In this document: in pieces, positions 48,541-58,621 of the stretch
Numbering within the stretch: the stretch's first letter is position 1
Layout of the letters: each line of letters starts with the position of its first letter
Source: Candidatus Hydrogenedens sp.
GTDB taxonomy: Bacteria; Hydrogenedentota; Hydrogenedentia; Hydrogenedentales; Hydrogenedentaceae
DNA: 64,000 nucleotides
NCBI GenBank assembly: GCA_049968235.1
Contig: JBMFRC010000010.1
Coordinates: 32,001 to 96,000 of the forward strand
Direction of reading: 5' to 3'
The notes under the pieces: generated by a model
What the model saw: the letters and a program-made list of their open reading frames with translations, nothing else
What the model was told of the DNA's origin: nothing
Databases searched by the model: none
Position numbers and translations under genes: made by a program

Positions 48541-51441
48541 ATGAAAAAAAATAAAAAATTTTCTAAAAAGGTTAATCAAGAAGAAAGTCAAAAACTATTT
48601 TTTCTTTTCCAAAATAGTTTGGAATTTAATGAAAAAATTCTTGATATCCCTGTTTTATATTTTTTTATTACCTTTTTCCTTACTTCCCTACTATCAGTTA
48701 CAATTTTATTACTCGCTTATTTCAATTTATTAGATGGTTTGAAACCCTGGTTTTTGTCCCATTTTGATGTATTAAATTTTACCAGATATTCCAGAGGAAA
48801 TACAGATATTGGAATCGTGCTGGCAAGCCTTGTATCTGTTGCGGGTCTTTCTATAATTCATCCAATTTTCGGGATATGTGGTATCACATTGATTAGATGC
48901 TGGCTTGATGGTTACACTTATCCAACGGATAATACATATTTTGTCTGGACAATTATTTTTGTTTCGTTATCTTATATTATTAGAACATTTTTACAGAAAC
49001 AAAAAATTAGGTTTGATATTCATACTATTTCATTACTCTTATTTGCATCTATCCTTATTCTAGTACTACCTATTTCCTGGCAGATTGGAAAAAGTTATCG
49101 TTATCTTATTCTCTGGGCATCTTATGCTTTACTATTCCTATCCGCATACGGAAGTATAAAAACAAGTTCACAAAAAAATATCCTTACCTGGGTAATTTTG
49201 TTAACTCTTGGATTACAAACATGGTATGCATTTTTCCATTTCCAATACGTTTTGCCTTTTTTAAGGAAAAGTCTTTTAATGGACCCAGCGCTACGAATTA
49301 AATTTTTTGGAACAGCGGAACTTTCTAAGGAACTTATTTACCGTTTTAATATAAATCGTGCCTTTGGAACAATGCTATTTCCGAATGCTTTGGGTGGTTT
49401 TATTATTCTACTTTTGCCTTCTGTTTTTTATTGGACTATCTATCATTTATATGTGTTATACAACGAATGGCAAAATCCCAAAAAGGAACTCATTAAAAAG
49501 AAACAGGAACGCGGAGTTTTAATACAAACGGCTATTATCTGGTTCGTTTCGACAATAATTATCTATACAACAGAACTTTTCCCCTTAACATACACCTTTG
49601 AAGAGAGTTCTAATATTGATGTTTATCTAACGGCTGGTTTTGCAGGATTAATGAGTTTAATTCCCTCAGGAATATTTGCATGGATATGTTTTAAAAAAGG
49701 ATATAAAACGGGAAAATATTTTGTTTTTACTCTTATTTTTTCATTATGTTCATTCTTTTCCTTAATATCTCTATGGTTGACTTATTCAAGAGGTTCATGG
49801 TTAAGCCTTTTCCTTTCCATTTCTCTGTTGTCTATTCTTTTTATCTACTTTCGGTTTATTAACAAGCAAAAGAAACAAATTCTGCCATCTATAATTTTTA
49901 TTTTTTTAGTAGTTATTTGTCTTATAACTATCACTGTATTGGGAAATATTGCATTTGCAGAAAATACAGAACAGGTTTCAACAAATAACGAAACTCTTTC
50001 TAATATGAAGAACACCAACAACAATTTGAGTAATGAGAACAAAGCAGCAGAAGAAATAATGGAAAGTGGGGTGGGCGTGTCATGGGAGCATTTAAGTGAC
50101 CCTTCATCTTTTCGGTTACGTTGGAGTTATTGGAAGGTAGGCTTAAATATGTGGTTTCATAACCTTTTTACAGGTGTGGGTTTAGGGAATTTTGCTCTTG
50201 CATATCCTCACTACCAGTATTTAGGTGCTGGTGATGTTAAAGAATGTCATAATGGCTACCTTCAGATACTTTGTGAAACAGGTATTTTAGGAGGAATTTT
50301 CTTTTTGTTTTTCATAATAACCATTCTTTATAAAATAGGAAAAAGCATAAAAGAAAATAGAAATTATTACAGTATTGCATGGAGTATTGGGATTCTTGCA
50401 TTTCTTATACATGCAGGTTTAGATATACATTTCTCCCACCCTTCTCTTGTAACATATTTCCTTATTGCACTGGCATTATTCTTAAATGAAATGAAACGAG
50501 AAGAATCAAATGAACAGTGGGACACAGAAGAAAAGGTAAAATTTTATCTTACGCCGTTATTTCTTGTGTTATTTTGTATTGTTATTTTTGCTTCTTCTCT
50601 ATTTCCCTACACAAGAGACCTTGTACGTAGTAGAATGTCTTTTCTGAATGTTGGTAAAGATACAGAAATTCCACTTGTTCTAAAGTCTATTAATTACGTT
50701 TTTACAGATGTATTTGAATATGCCATGAAAAAATCTGATAAACAACCCAAAATGTCGGCTACAATTTTGAAATTTTTCTTTGTTGATTTAAATAAACTTC
50801 GAATGTTTGGGAATTTATATGTACCGGAAGGGAATGGTAGTAATAAAGCGACTATACTTCCTGAGGGAAATCCTGTTCCTGATAATGCGGTTTTATTAGT
50901 TAAAGAACCATGGCTCCTAATTAATAGAATTCGTAATTCCAGTCTTCATTATGCGGAATATTTAAAACAAATTGATAAAATTTTTCCATACCAGGAAGAT
51001 ATACCTAATTATCTTAATGAAATATATAAATTAATATTTTTATATTCTCCTTATGAAACTCATAGCGAAATTGTAAATAATTCTCGTGAAGAAATGCTTC
51101 ATTGGGCAAAAGAAGCCATTCGTCGAAGCCCATACAATGGTGACCTTTATTATAATTACGGAAAATCACTCTGGTTCTCGGCAACAAAAGATTGTGCAAA
51201 CCCGGATGAGAGAAATAAGTATATTAAAATTGCTATTGAAAATTTTGAAAAGTGTGCTTTGCAATGGAAAAATATACCTTTCTATTGGGATGAATATATA
51301 GCACACATGAAAGATGCTGTTGGTTTCTTTGAAAGTAATAATCAGATAGAAGAGAAAAATAAGATACTGGAGAAGATAGAAGAAGCAAGCCGATATGTAA
51401 AGATACTCAAGGAAGAAAGGGCAAAATTAAACCTGTGGTAA
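48541..51441 (+). CDS. O-antigen ligase-like (Wzy_C/WaaL family) polytopic membrane protein with C-terminal TPR-like domain
   Basis: More than 10 predicted TM helices; canonical ligase motif YPHYQYLGAGDVKECHNGYLQILCETGILGG; C-terminal soluble helical repeat region of about 350 aa; 966 aa. Confidence 0.7.
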   Translation: MKKNKKFSKKVNQEESQKLFFLFQNSLEFNEKILDIPVLYFFITFFLTSLLSVTILLLAYFNLLDGLKPWFLSHFDVLNFTRYSRGNTDIGIVLASLVSVAGLSIIHPIFGICGITLIRCWLDGYTYPTDNTYFVWTIIFVSLSYIIRTFLQKQKIRFDIHTISLLLFASILILVLPISWQIGKSYRYLILWASYALLFLSAYGSIKTSSQKNILTWVILLTLGLQTWYAFFHFQYVLPFLRKSLLMDPALRIKFFGTAELSKELIYRFNINRAFGTMLFPNALGGFIILLLPSVFYWTIYHLYVLYNEWQNPKKELIKKKQERGVLIQTAIIWFVSTIIIYTTELFPLTYTFEESSNIDVYLTAGFAGLMSLIPSGIFAWICFKKGYKTGKYFVFTLIFSLCSFFSLISLWLTYSRGSWLSLFLSISLLSILFIYFRFINKQKKQILPSIIFIFLVVICLITITVLGNIAFAENTEQVSTNNETLSNMKNTNNNLSNENKAAEEIMESGVGVSWEHLSDPSSFRLRWSYWKVGLNMWFHNLFTGVGLGNFALAYPHYQYLGAGDVKECHNGYLQILCETGILGGIFFLFFIITILYKIGKSIKENRNYYSIAWSIGILAFLIHAGLDIHFSHPSLVTYFLIALALFLNEMKREESNEQWDTEEKVKFYLTPLFLVLFCIVIFASSLFPYTRDLVRSRMSFLNVGKDTEIPLVLKSINYVFTDVFEYAMKKSDKQPKMSATILKFFFVDLNKLRMFGNLYVPEGNGSNKATILPEGNPVPDNAVLLVKEPWLLINRIRNSSLHYAEYLKQIDKIFPYQEDIPNYLNEIYKLIFLYSPYETHSEIVNNSREEMLHWAKEAIRRSPYNGDLYYNYGKSLWFSATKDCANPDERNKYIKIAIENFEKCALQWKNIPFYWDEYIAHMKDAVGFFESNNQIEEKNKILEKIEEASRYVKILKEERAKLNLW

Positions 51442-51459
51442 AATTCAGGATTTTGAATA

Positions 51460-52551
51460 ATGAGTAGTATTCCTACGCAACAAAAACGAATTAATTTAAT
51501 ACGTGACATAATAAAGAAATATGAATGCGATGCTTTTTTAAGTTTTTGTCCTATTGATAATAGATACTTATCAGGCTTCTCAGGTTCTACTTCTGTTGTT
51601 TTAATTACTCGTGAAAATTGTTTTTTCCTTTCTGATTTTCGTTATAAAGAACAAACTAGTAATGAAGTCTTTAATTTTTCCATTTCAATTGTTTCTGGCA
51701 ATCTTGATAACAAACTCTTAAATATTGTTAAATCAAACAAAATAAAAAAAATCGCTGTAAATACCGAAAAGATAAGTTTGAGACTATCAGAAGATTTGAG
51801 AAAAAAAGGTAGATTTGAACTTATAGATGCAAGAGAAGAACTTTCACAATTGCGCATTTTGAAAGACACCAATGAAATAGATAACATTCGACAGGCGTGC
51901 AAAATTACGGAAATGTCCGTGTTTCATTGTACTTCTTTTCTTAAAGAAGGGGTTACAGAGAGAGAAATTTCTGCAAGAATTGATTATGAATTTCGAATCA
52001 ATGGTGCTGATGGTTCTGCTTTTGATACTATCGTTTTATTTGGAAAGAATTCATCTCTACCCCATGGTAAACCCGGTGATAAAAAACTTTCTATTGGGGA
52101 TATCGTGTTAATTGATTGTGGGTGTCTTTATAAAGGTTATTGTTCTGATTTAACCCGAACATTTGTATATGGAGCCATTCCAGGAACATGGTTTACAGAG
52201 ATATATGAAACGGTCTTATCTGCACAAATAAATGCCTTAAAGGCTCTGACGCCCGAAAAGAAAACAAATGAAATAGACCATATTGCTCGCAGGTATATAT
52301 CAGGAAAAGGCATGGGAACATATTTTGGGCATGGATTAGGGCATGGTGTTGGCATGGAGATTCATGAACCTCCACGATTGAATACAGATAGTTCAACTAC
52401 ATTAAAAGAAGGTTTTGTGATTACAATCGAACCCGGTATATATATCCCTGGTAAAGGTGGAGTTCGGATAGAGGATACAGTTTTAATTACAAAAGATGGA
52501 TATGAACGATTAACCACATCGGATAAGTACTTAAAAGTTCTTCCTCTTTAA
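51460..52551 (+). CDS. pepP: Xaa-Pro aminopeptidase (M24 family)
   Basis: M24 metal-ligand motifs DIVLIDCG, HGLGHGVGMEIHEPP and the EPGIY...GGVRIED segment. Confidence 0.8.
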   Translation: MSSIPTQQKRINLIRDIIKKYECDAFLSFCPIDNRYLSGFSGSTSVVLITRENCFFLSDFRYKEQTSNEVFNFSISIVSGNLDNKLLNIVKSNKIKKIAVNTEKISLRLSEDLRKKGRFELIDAREELSQLRILKDTNEIDNIRQACKITEMSVFHCTSFLKEGVTEREISARIDYEFRINGADGSAFDTIVLFGKNSSLPHGKPGDKKLSIGDIVLIDCGCLYKGYCSDLTRTFVYGAIPGTWFTEIYETVLSAQINALKALTPEKKTNEIDHIARRYISGKGMGTYFGHGLGHGVGMEIHEPPRLNTDSSTTLKEGFVITIEPGIYIPGKGGVRIEDTVLITKDGYERLTTSDKYLKVLPL

Positions 52552-52555
52552 TTGT

Positions 52556-54322
52556 TTACTCTATAACTCCAAAACTTCTTTCAGGTAAAAGGACGAAATT
52601 ATTTTCGGTTTTTATTTCTTTGCAATAGGTATTAGGCACTTTATTTTCGTTTTGATAATAATAAATGCGATTACAATCGTTTTTGTTTGTTAATTTTATT
52701 TTTTGTTGTTTATTAGATAAATTTGCCCAATACAGTCTATCCCCTATTTTTGTAATTTTGACAAAATTAGGATTTGAAGTAATAACAGGGTAAATCTTAT
52801 CTCCCGGCTGTGTATAGTTTGTAAAGATTTTTAATGCATAATATATCGGGAATACTTGCCAATTTTTATCTGAATATCCCCATAAACCTATCCGCATAGG
52901 TTCTTTTAGTCCCGGATACCTCATTTCCTGTAAACACCATATACTAAAACCTGATACTCCTTGATTTAACCCATCTATTATTGCTGAATATGTATAAAGA
53001 GCACCCTCATATTCTTGCATAATTGGATTAATAGAAGGAGGTTGAAATCTATGGTCCGTTATACCAAATTCTGTTACTACAAAAGGCTTCTTCCTATTTA
53101 GTCTACTATTTTTTATTAATCCTATACGAGTATTAAATAATTCATTTGAAAAATGAGCGGTGCTAAAATGCCAATAGAAATGCGATGCCCAGACATCAAC
53201 TGTATTGCTATAATCTTTATCCTTCAAACAGGCATCAAACCAATCTGTACCCATTGCATCATCACTACCAATTATTTTTAGTTTTATATTATTTTCTCTG
53301 AATTTCTCTTTTAATATCTTATGAAGTTCAGTAAATTTTTGAAATCTATTTTCATTTGCTTTAAAGAAATAATTCGGTTCATTTGTTAAAGTAAAATATT
53401 TTATATTAACGAATTTTTTTTGTTTAATAAGGTAATTTAAAAGTCCAATGATAGTATTTACTCTTTTTTCTGTATTTTCCCATGTATCTTTCATACCCCA
53501 ATCGACACATGTTATATTTATATCTATATTCAAATCTTTATACTCTTGAAGTGTTTTACATAAACTTTGAATTCCATCACTATCAAATGTAAATGTTTTA
53601 CCATCATCTGAAGGATTCCAATCTTTGAACCAAACAAATGTTCGAACCCAGTGAGGTTTTAATTCTTTCAGCCTATTTTTGCGAATTTTTATTGCTTCTT
53701 CATTTACCCCATCTTGTTGTAAATTATTCTTATCATAAAATCTACCATCATCTTCAGCACCAAATCCAATCAACCGATGTTCTAATGGTTTTTTACTAAT
53801 ATTCAGGTGTAGCACATCCTCATCATAAGAATCTCTTGGGGAAAAACAAGAAAAAATCGGTTCTTCACTTTCAATTTTTCCTTTATTATGTATGTAAATT
53901 GATACTCTTACTTTTTTCGTATTGGGAGGTGTTATTGCATATAACTTTATTGGTATACAATCTGGTGTTGGTTCTGTCAGCCTTTCTTCGACAAATTCTA
54001 TTCTCTTCCCTTCTCCATCAATAAAACTTATACTAAGTCCACCCCCTATAGAATTTTCTTTCCAGACTAACCGCATTCGGGCAGTAGCATAGACAAACCG
54101 TTCCCCGTCAACTGGAAAATCAGAAGAGATATGGTGCCATTTATTTTCTTCATTGTTTTCAGTTACTTCTAATTCAAGTATTTTTTCTTTACCCAATGTT
54201 GTGATTATCTTCTTCTTTGTTAAGGAATCCGAATTGAGCCATTGTAATTCCTGGCTTCCAATTTCATTGGCATAATCAAAGATTACATGGACAATAAATA
54301 TAAAAGTAAATAGATAATACAT
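52556..54322 (-). CDS. Secreted clan GH-A glycoside hydrolase (GH5/GH30-like)
   Basis: Signal peptide; candidate acid/base FTLTNEPN (NEP) and nucleophile VVTEFG motifs of clan GH-A (beta/alpha)8 hydrolases. Confidence 0.45.
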   Translation of the reverse strand: MYYLFTFIFIVHVIFDYANEIGSQELQWLNSDSLTKKKIITTLGKEKILELEVTENNEENKWHHISSDFPVDGERFVYATARMRLVWKENSIGGGLSISFIDGEGKRIEFVEERLTEPTPDCIPIKLYAITPPNTKKVRVSIYIHNKGKIESEEPIFSCFSPRDSYDEDVLHLNISKKPLEHRLIGFGAEDDGRFYDKNNLQQDGVNEEAIKIRKNRLKELKPHWVRTFVWFKDWNPSDDGKTFTFDSDGIQSLCKTLQEYKDLNIDINITCVDWGMKDTWENTEKRVNTIIGLLNYLIKQKKFVNIKYFTLTNEPNYFFKANENRFQKFTELHKILKEKFRENNIKLKIIGSDDAMGTDWFDACLKDKDYSNTVDVWASHFYWHFSTAHFSNELFNTRIGLIKNSRLNRKKPFVVTEFGITDHRFQPPSINPIMQEYEGALYTYSAIIDGLNQGVSGFSIWCLQEMRYPGLKEPMRIGLWGYSDKNWQVFPIYYALKIFTNYTQPGDKIYPVITSNPNFVKITKIGDRLYWANLSNKQQKIKLTNKNDCNRIYYYQNENKVPNTYCKEIKTENNFVLLPERSFGVIE

Positions 54323-54335
54323 TCGATTATAAATT

Positions 54336-57300
54336 TTATTTGTTATTTTCTATCTTTCCACGGGTGAACAGGTCATATAAAATTGGGATTACTATCATTG
54401 TGAGAATTCCGCTTGAGGTAATACCACCTATACTTGCAATACCTATATCTGTTCTTATCTCACTTCCCAGTCCTTTTCCTATTGCAATAGGAACCGTACC
54501 TGCAACGGCTGCCAATGTAATCATCAAAATGGGTCTAAATTGTTCTCGTGCAGATTGTATCATAGCCTTATGTCTTGAAACACCTGATGCTACAAGTTGA
54601 TTAAGTCGGTCAATAATAAGAATAGCATTATTTACCACAATACCGGACAACATAACAAAACCAAGTAGAACGAACATCGAAATAGAATAACCTGTTAGAT
54701 ACAGCGATATAACAACACCTATCAATCCTAAAGGTAAAGTTATTAATATAAAAAATGGTTGTTTAAAAGATTCTAAAATGGCTGCTAATACAAGTATAAT
54801 CAAAACCACGGCAATGATACCTGCTCTTGCAAATTCTACTTGTGCTTCTACCATAACTTCGTTTTCACCAAAGAAATAATAATCATATCCCTGTGGTAAA
54901 TTACCATATTTCTTAATTACATCCGTCAACTCTGCTACTGCTGTTCCTAATGGTTTTCGCGGTGTAAGTCCTGCAAATAATTTTTCTATTTTCCGTTTAT
55001 TTTTACGTAACACATTTATGGGAGCTACTCTTTCTTCAACTTTTGCTACCGTTGTTAGGTTTATAGGTTTACCGGGTGCACCGGGCAACAAAAAATTTTC
55101 TACCTGTTGTTTCCCTTCTATTTCATTGAATTTGACAACAATATCATAATTTCTTCCCTCCTGTTTATAAACTCCGGCTGTAATTCCTTCAAGATTTCCA
55201 CGAAGAAGCATCCCTAACACAACGGGTGGAATGTTTAAATCAGTTAGTAGAGGTTTATTCGGATAAATCTTTAGTTCGGGTCTCCCTAAACGAATACTTG
55301 TATCAATATCTTTTAACCCTTCTAATTTTTTTGCATACGGTTCTATTCTTCTAACTATCTTTTGTATTTCTTCTCTATCATCACCAAAAATTTCTAACTC
55401 TATAGGTATGGATTGTCCCCCTATAGCAGCAGGACTTCCCACTCTATATTGACAATCAGGATAATTTTCTAATAACTTTCTTATTCTATCTTTCAATGCG
55501 TCAATAGGCATATCGGGTCGTTCTGGTTTCTCATTGAAAACCAGAAGTATCTGCGCTACATAAACACCTTCCGATGTTTGCCCCATAATCCCCTGTATTT
55601 TACCTATAGAAGAAAGCACATGTCTCAAATAAGGTAACTCTTTTACTTTTTCTTCTACTTCTTTAACCCTTTTTATTGTATTTTTTAAATTATAATGAGT
55701 TGGGTATTCTAAGCTGATAAAAATAGTTCCTCTATCCGGTTCTTCAAAAAAACCAAAGCCCATCTTTTGAATCAAATTAAAGGTAAAAATAAATATGACT
55801 ACCACACTAACGGTGAATAAAAAAGAAGCCCATCGCTTATGTTCAAAAAACTTTAAAATTGCCACATAACCCGTTCTAATAAAATCTAAAAAAGTATTAA
55901 ATATTTGTTCAAACTTATAGATAATTCCTTTTTTAGTAGTAGATTTTAATAAAAGGGAAGCAAGCAATGGTGTCATAGTAAATGAGATAAATAATGAAAC
56001 GGCTGTAACTATAATCATCGTCCATGCAAAGGGAGCCAGAAATAGACCTACTTGAGAACCCATCGTTGCGATAGGAAAAAGTACAACAAGATTTGTTCCT
56101 GCACTTGCAAGCACTGCAACGAATACACGGCTTGCTCCCTTTATGGCTGATTCTTTGGGGTCTTGTGTCCTCTGAAATTCTGTCATAATACTTTCTAAAA
56201 CCACGATAGAGTTTGTAACGAGTATTCCCACGGATAACCCCATGGATATAAGGGTACTGATATTTAAACTATAACCTAATAAACTTATAAAAAATAGACC
56301 TACAATTATGGTTAACGGCATGGTAATTCCAACGATGAATGTAAGACGTAAATTATGTAAGAAGAAGAAAAGTATCAGAGCAGTAAGAATAATTCCTTGA
56401 ATAATATCCCCTGTTGTGCTATCCACTGTTGCTTTAATAAAACTCCCTTCATCATTTACCCAGACTAAATCCATGCCTGTAGGTAAAGATGTTTGTATAT
56501 TCTGAATAGCAGAACGAACTGCATTTACTACTTTTACAGTGTTTGCTTCTGCTCTTTTCACAATTCGAATATAAACACATGATTTACCATCAAGAAATGC
56601 AGTCTGTCTTATTTCCTTGGAGGTAAAAACAACCTTCCCAACATCTTTAATATAACATCTTGAACCTTCTTTAGATATTATAGGCAAAGTTTCTAATTGT
56701 TCTACCTGGTTATATTCCGCATCATATTTGACTGAATATTCCATACCCTCTTCTTTAATTCTTCCGGAAGGAATTAAGCGAACTCCTTTTTGAATGGCTT
56801 CTACAATATCTAAAGAAGTTAACCCTCGTGAAGCCAGTTTATCTCTGTCCAGAAGTACATGCACCTCTCTTTTTGCCCCGCCAATTAGCTCGACACTTGC
56901 AACGCCCTCGATTGTCGTCAACTTATCCTTTAACTGATTATCAGCATAATCATATAATTCATCTATGGGAATATCTCCTGTAAGGGCTAAATCTATTATA
57001 GGAACTGCATTAATATCGAATTTTAATACCTTAGGTTTTTCTGTTCCCTCTGGAAAATCGTTTTGTATAAGGTCTAATTTCTCACGGACATCGTATGCAG
57101 CGACATCAACATCAACATTAAGTTGAAACTCAAGAAAGGTCTGACAAACGTTTTCCATACAATTTGAAGTAACATGTTTTAATCCATCTATGGTAAAGAC
57201 CGCATCTTCAATTCTTCGTGCTATATCTGTCTCTATTTCTTCAGGACTTGCCCCTGGGTATACAGTTACAACAGTTACATACGGGACATCTACTTTCGGG

Positions 57301-57410
57301 AAAAATTCTAATCCCATTCTGTAATAGGCATCTATTCCTAAAAAGGTAAGCCCAATGAATAGACATGTTGTGGCAACAGGTCGTCGAACAGATAGTTCTA
57401 TTAAATTCAT
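54336..57410 (-). CDS. RND efflux transporter permease (AcrB/HAE1 family)
   Basis: 1024 aa, 12 TM with two large periplasmic loops, typical AcrB layout. Confidence 0.85.
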   Translation of the reverse strand: MNLIELSVRRPVATTCLFIGLTFLGIDAYYRMGLEFFPKVDVPYVTVVTVYPGASPEEIETDIARRIEDAVFTIDGLKHVTSNCMENVCQTFLEFQLNVDVDVAAYDVREKLDLIQNDFPEGTEKPKVLKFDINAVPIIDLALTGDIPIDELYDYADNQLKDKLTTIEGVASVELIGGAKREVHVLLDRDKLASRGLTSLDIVEAIQKGVRLIPSGRIKEEGMEYSVKYDAEYNQVEQLETLPIISKEGSRCYIKDVGKVVFTSKEIRQTAFLDGKSCVYIRIVKRAEANTVKVVNAVRSAIQNIQTSLPTGMDLVWVNDEGSFIKATVDSTTGDIIQGIILTALILFFFLHNLRLTFIVGITMPLTIIVGLFFISLLGYSLNISTLISMGLSVGILVTNSIVVLESIMTEFQRTQDPKESAIKGASRVFVAVLASAGTNLVVLFPIATMGSQVGLFLAPFAWTMIIVTAVSLFISFTMTPLLASLLLKSTTKKGIIYKFEQIFNTFLDFIRTGYVAILKFFEHKRWASFLFTVSVVVIFIFTFNLIQKMGFGFFEEPDRGTIFISLEYPTHYNLKNTIKRVKEVEEKVKELPYLRHVLSSIGKIQGIMGQTSEGVYVAQILLVFNEKPERPDMPIDALKDRIRKLLENYPDCQYRVGSPAAIGGQSIPIELEIFGDDREEIQKIVRRIEPYAKKLEGLKDIDTSIRLGRPELKIYPNKPLLTDLNIPPVVLGMLLRGNLEGITAGVYKQEGRNYDIVVKFNEIEGKQQVENFLLPGAPGKPINLTTVAKVEERVAPINVLRKNKRKIEKLFAGLTPRKPLGTAVAELTDVIKKYGNLPQGYDYYFFGENEVMVEAQVEFARAGIIAVVLIILVLAAILESFKQPFFILITLPLGLIGVVISLYLTGYSISMFVLLGFVMLSGIVVNNAILIIDRLNQLVASGVSRHKAMIQSAREQFRPILMITLAAVAGTVPIAIGKGLGSEIRTDIGIASIGGITSSGILTMIVIPILYDLFTRGKIENNK

Positions 57411-57412
57411 AT

Positions 57413-58621
57413 CTATTTCTCCTCCAACACCTGCACAGTCTGACCATCTTTAATAAAGGATTGTCCCATACTTACAACTTTATCTCCTTCCTTTATCTCA
57501 CCCTCAATGATTTCTATCCAGCCATCTGTCTCAAAACCTGTCTTTACAACCGTTTTTGCAGACTTTCCATCAATAATTTTATATAAATATTTTTCATTCC
57601 CTTGCGTGAGAATACATGGTTTAGGAACACCAATGTTTTCTCTTTGTTCTAATAATACCTCTATTTTAGCCATAACTCCTGGGACAACTTTTTCATCCAT
57701 TTTACCCAGAATGGCTTTTATTTCAAATGTCCTTAAATTTGGTAATACCGTTGGACTCTTATAATTAACTGAGAAAGTTCCCATTTTAGTATCCTGTAAA
57801 TACAAATCTAATTGTGTTTCTTTTTCTTTTACATGTAAATAATATTCAGCAGGTAAAAATGCGGAGACCTCTAATACTTCTGGATTATCTATCTTTACAA
57901 CCGGTCTTCCTCCACCTATAAATTCATTCTGTTCAACAAATTTATAACTTACTTTACCCGAAATTGGTGCATATACTAATGAGTCTGAGAGATTTTTTTC
58001 TGCGATTTTGAGGGCATGTTCCGCTTTCTTTAGTTGTTCCTTTGCTAACTGACATACTGCTTCTGCATGTTCTAAACCTGCTTTTGATGCTTTGTACCTT
58101 GTTTCTTGAAGTTCATAAGTATCTTTTGAAACAGCTTTTTTTTCTAAAAGACGCTGAAACCTTTCATAGTCAATCTGTGCTTTATCAAACTGCGCCTTCA
58201 TATTTGAAAAATTAGCATCCGCTTCACGAATAGCACACTTTGCAACATTCAGGTCCTGTTTAGCAATTTCAACTGCTTGTTCAACTCTTATTTTGTCTAT
58301 CTGAAACAAGGGCGTCTCATTGGCTACAACGGTATCACCTTCATCTACAAATAAATCTGTAAGCACACCATCAATCCGAGCAGATACTACAACATGTTCC
58401 TTTGAATCTACAGTTCCCTGAACTCCAATTGTTTTAGTAAAAAGTTTCTTTTGAACAGTTTCAACCTTTACAGGAAATGCATCTTCTGGATTATTCTCTT
58501 TTTCGGCTAATACAATTTGTTTACCACAACTTATATTGCCTAAAAAAAGTAATAGGATAATAAATAATTCATAAAATCCCTTCTTTTTAGTTTTTATCAT
58601 CTTTAGACTTCTCCTTTTCAT
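57413..58621 (-). CDS. RND efflux periplasmic adaptor (membrane fusion protein)
   Basis: N-terminal membrane anchor, alpha-helical hairpin (QAVEIAKQDLNVAK...), lipoyl and beta-barrel segments; 402 aa. Confidence 0.8.
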   Translation of the reverse strand: MKRRSLKMIKTKKKGFYELFIILLLFLGNISCGKQIVLAEKENNPEDAFPVKVETVQKKLFTKTIGVQGTVDSKEHVVVSARIDGVLTDLFVDEGDTVVANETPLFQIDKIRVEQAVEIAKQDLNVAKCAIREADANFSNMKAQFDKAQIDYERFQRLLEKKAVSKDTYELQETRYKASKAGLEHAEAVCQLAKEQLKKAEHALKIAEKNLSDSLVYAPISGKVSYKFVEQNEFIGGGRPVVKIDNPEVLEVSAFLPAEYYLHVKEKETQLDLYLQDTKMGTFSVNYKSPTVLPNLRTFEIKAILGKMDEKVVPGVMAKIEVLLEQRENIGVPKPCILTQGNEKYLYKIIDGKSAKTVVKTGFETDGWIEIIEGEIKEGDKVVSMGQSFIKDGQTVQVLEEK

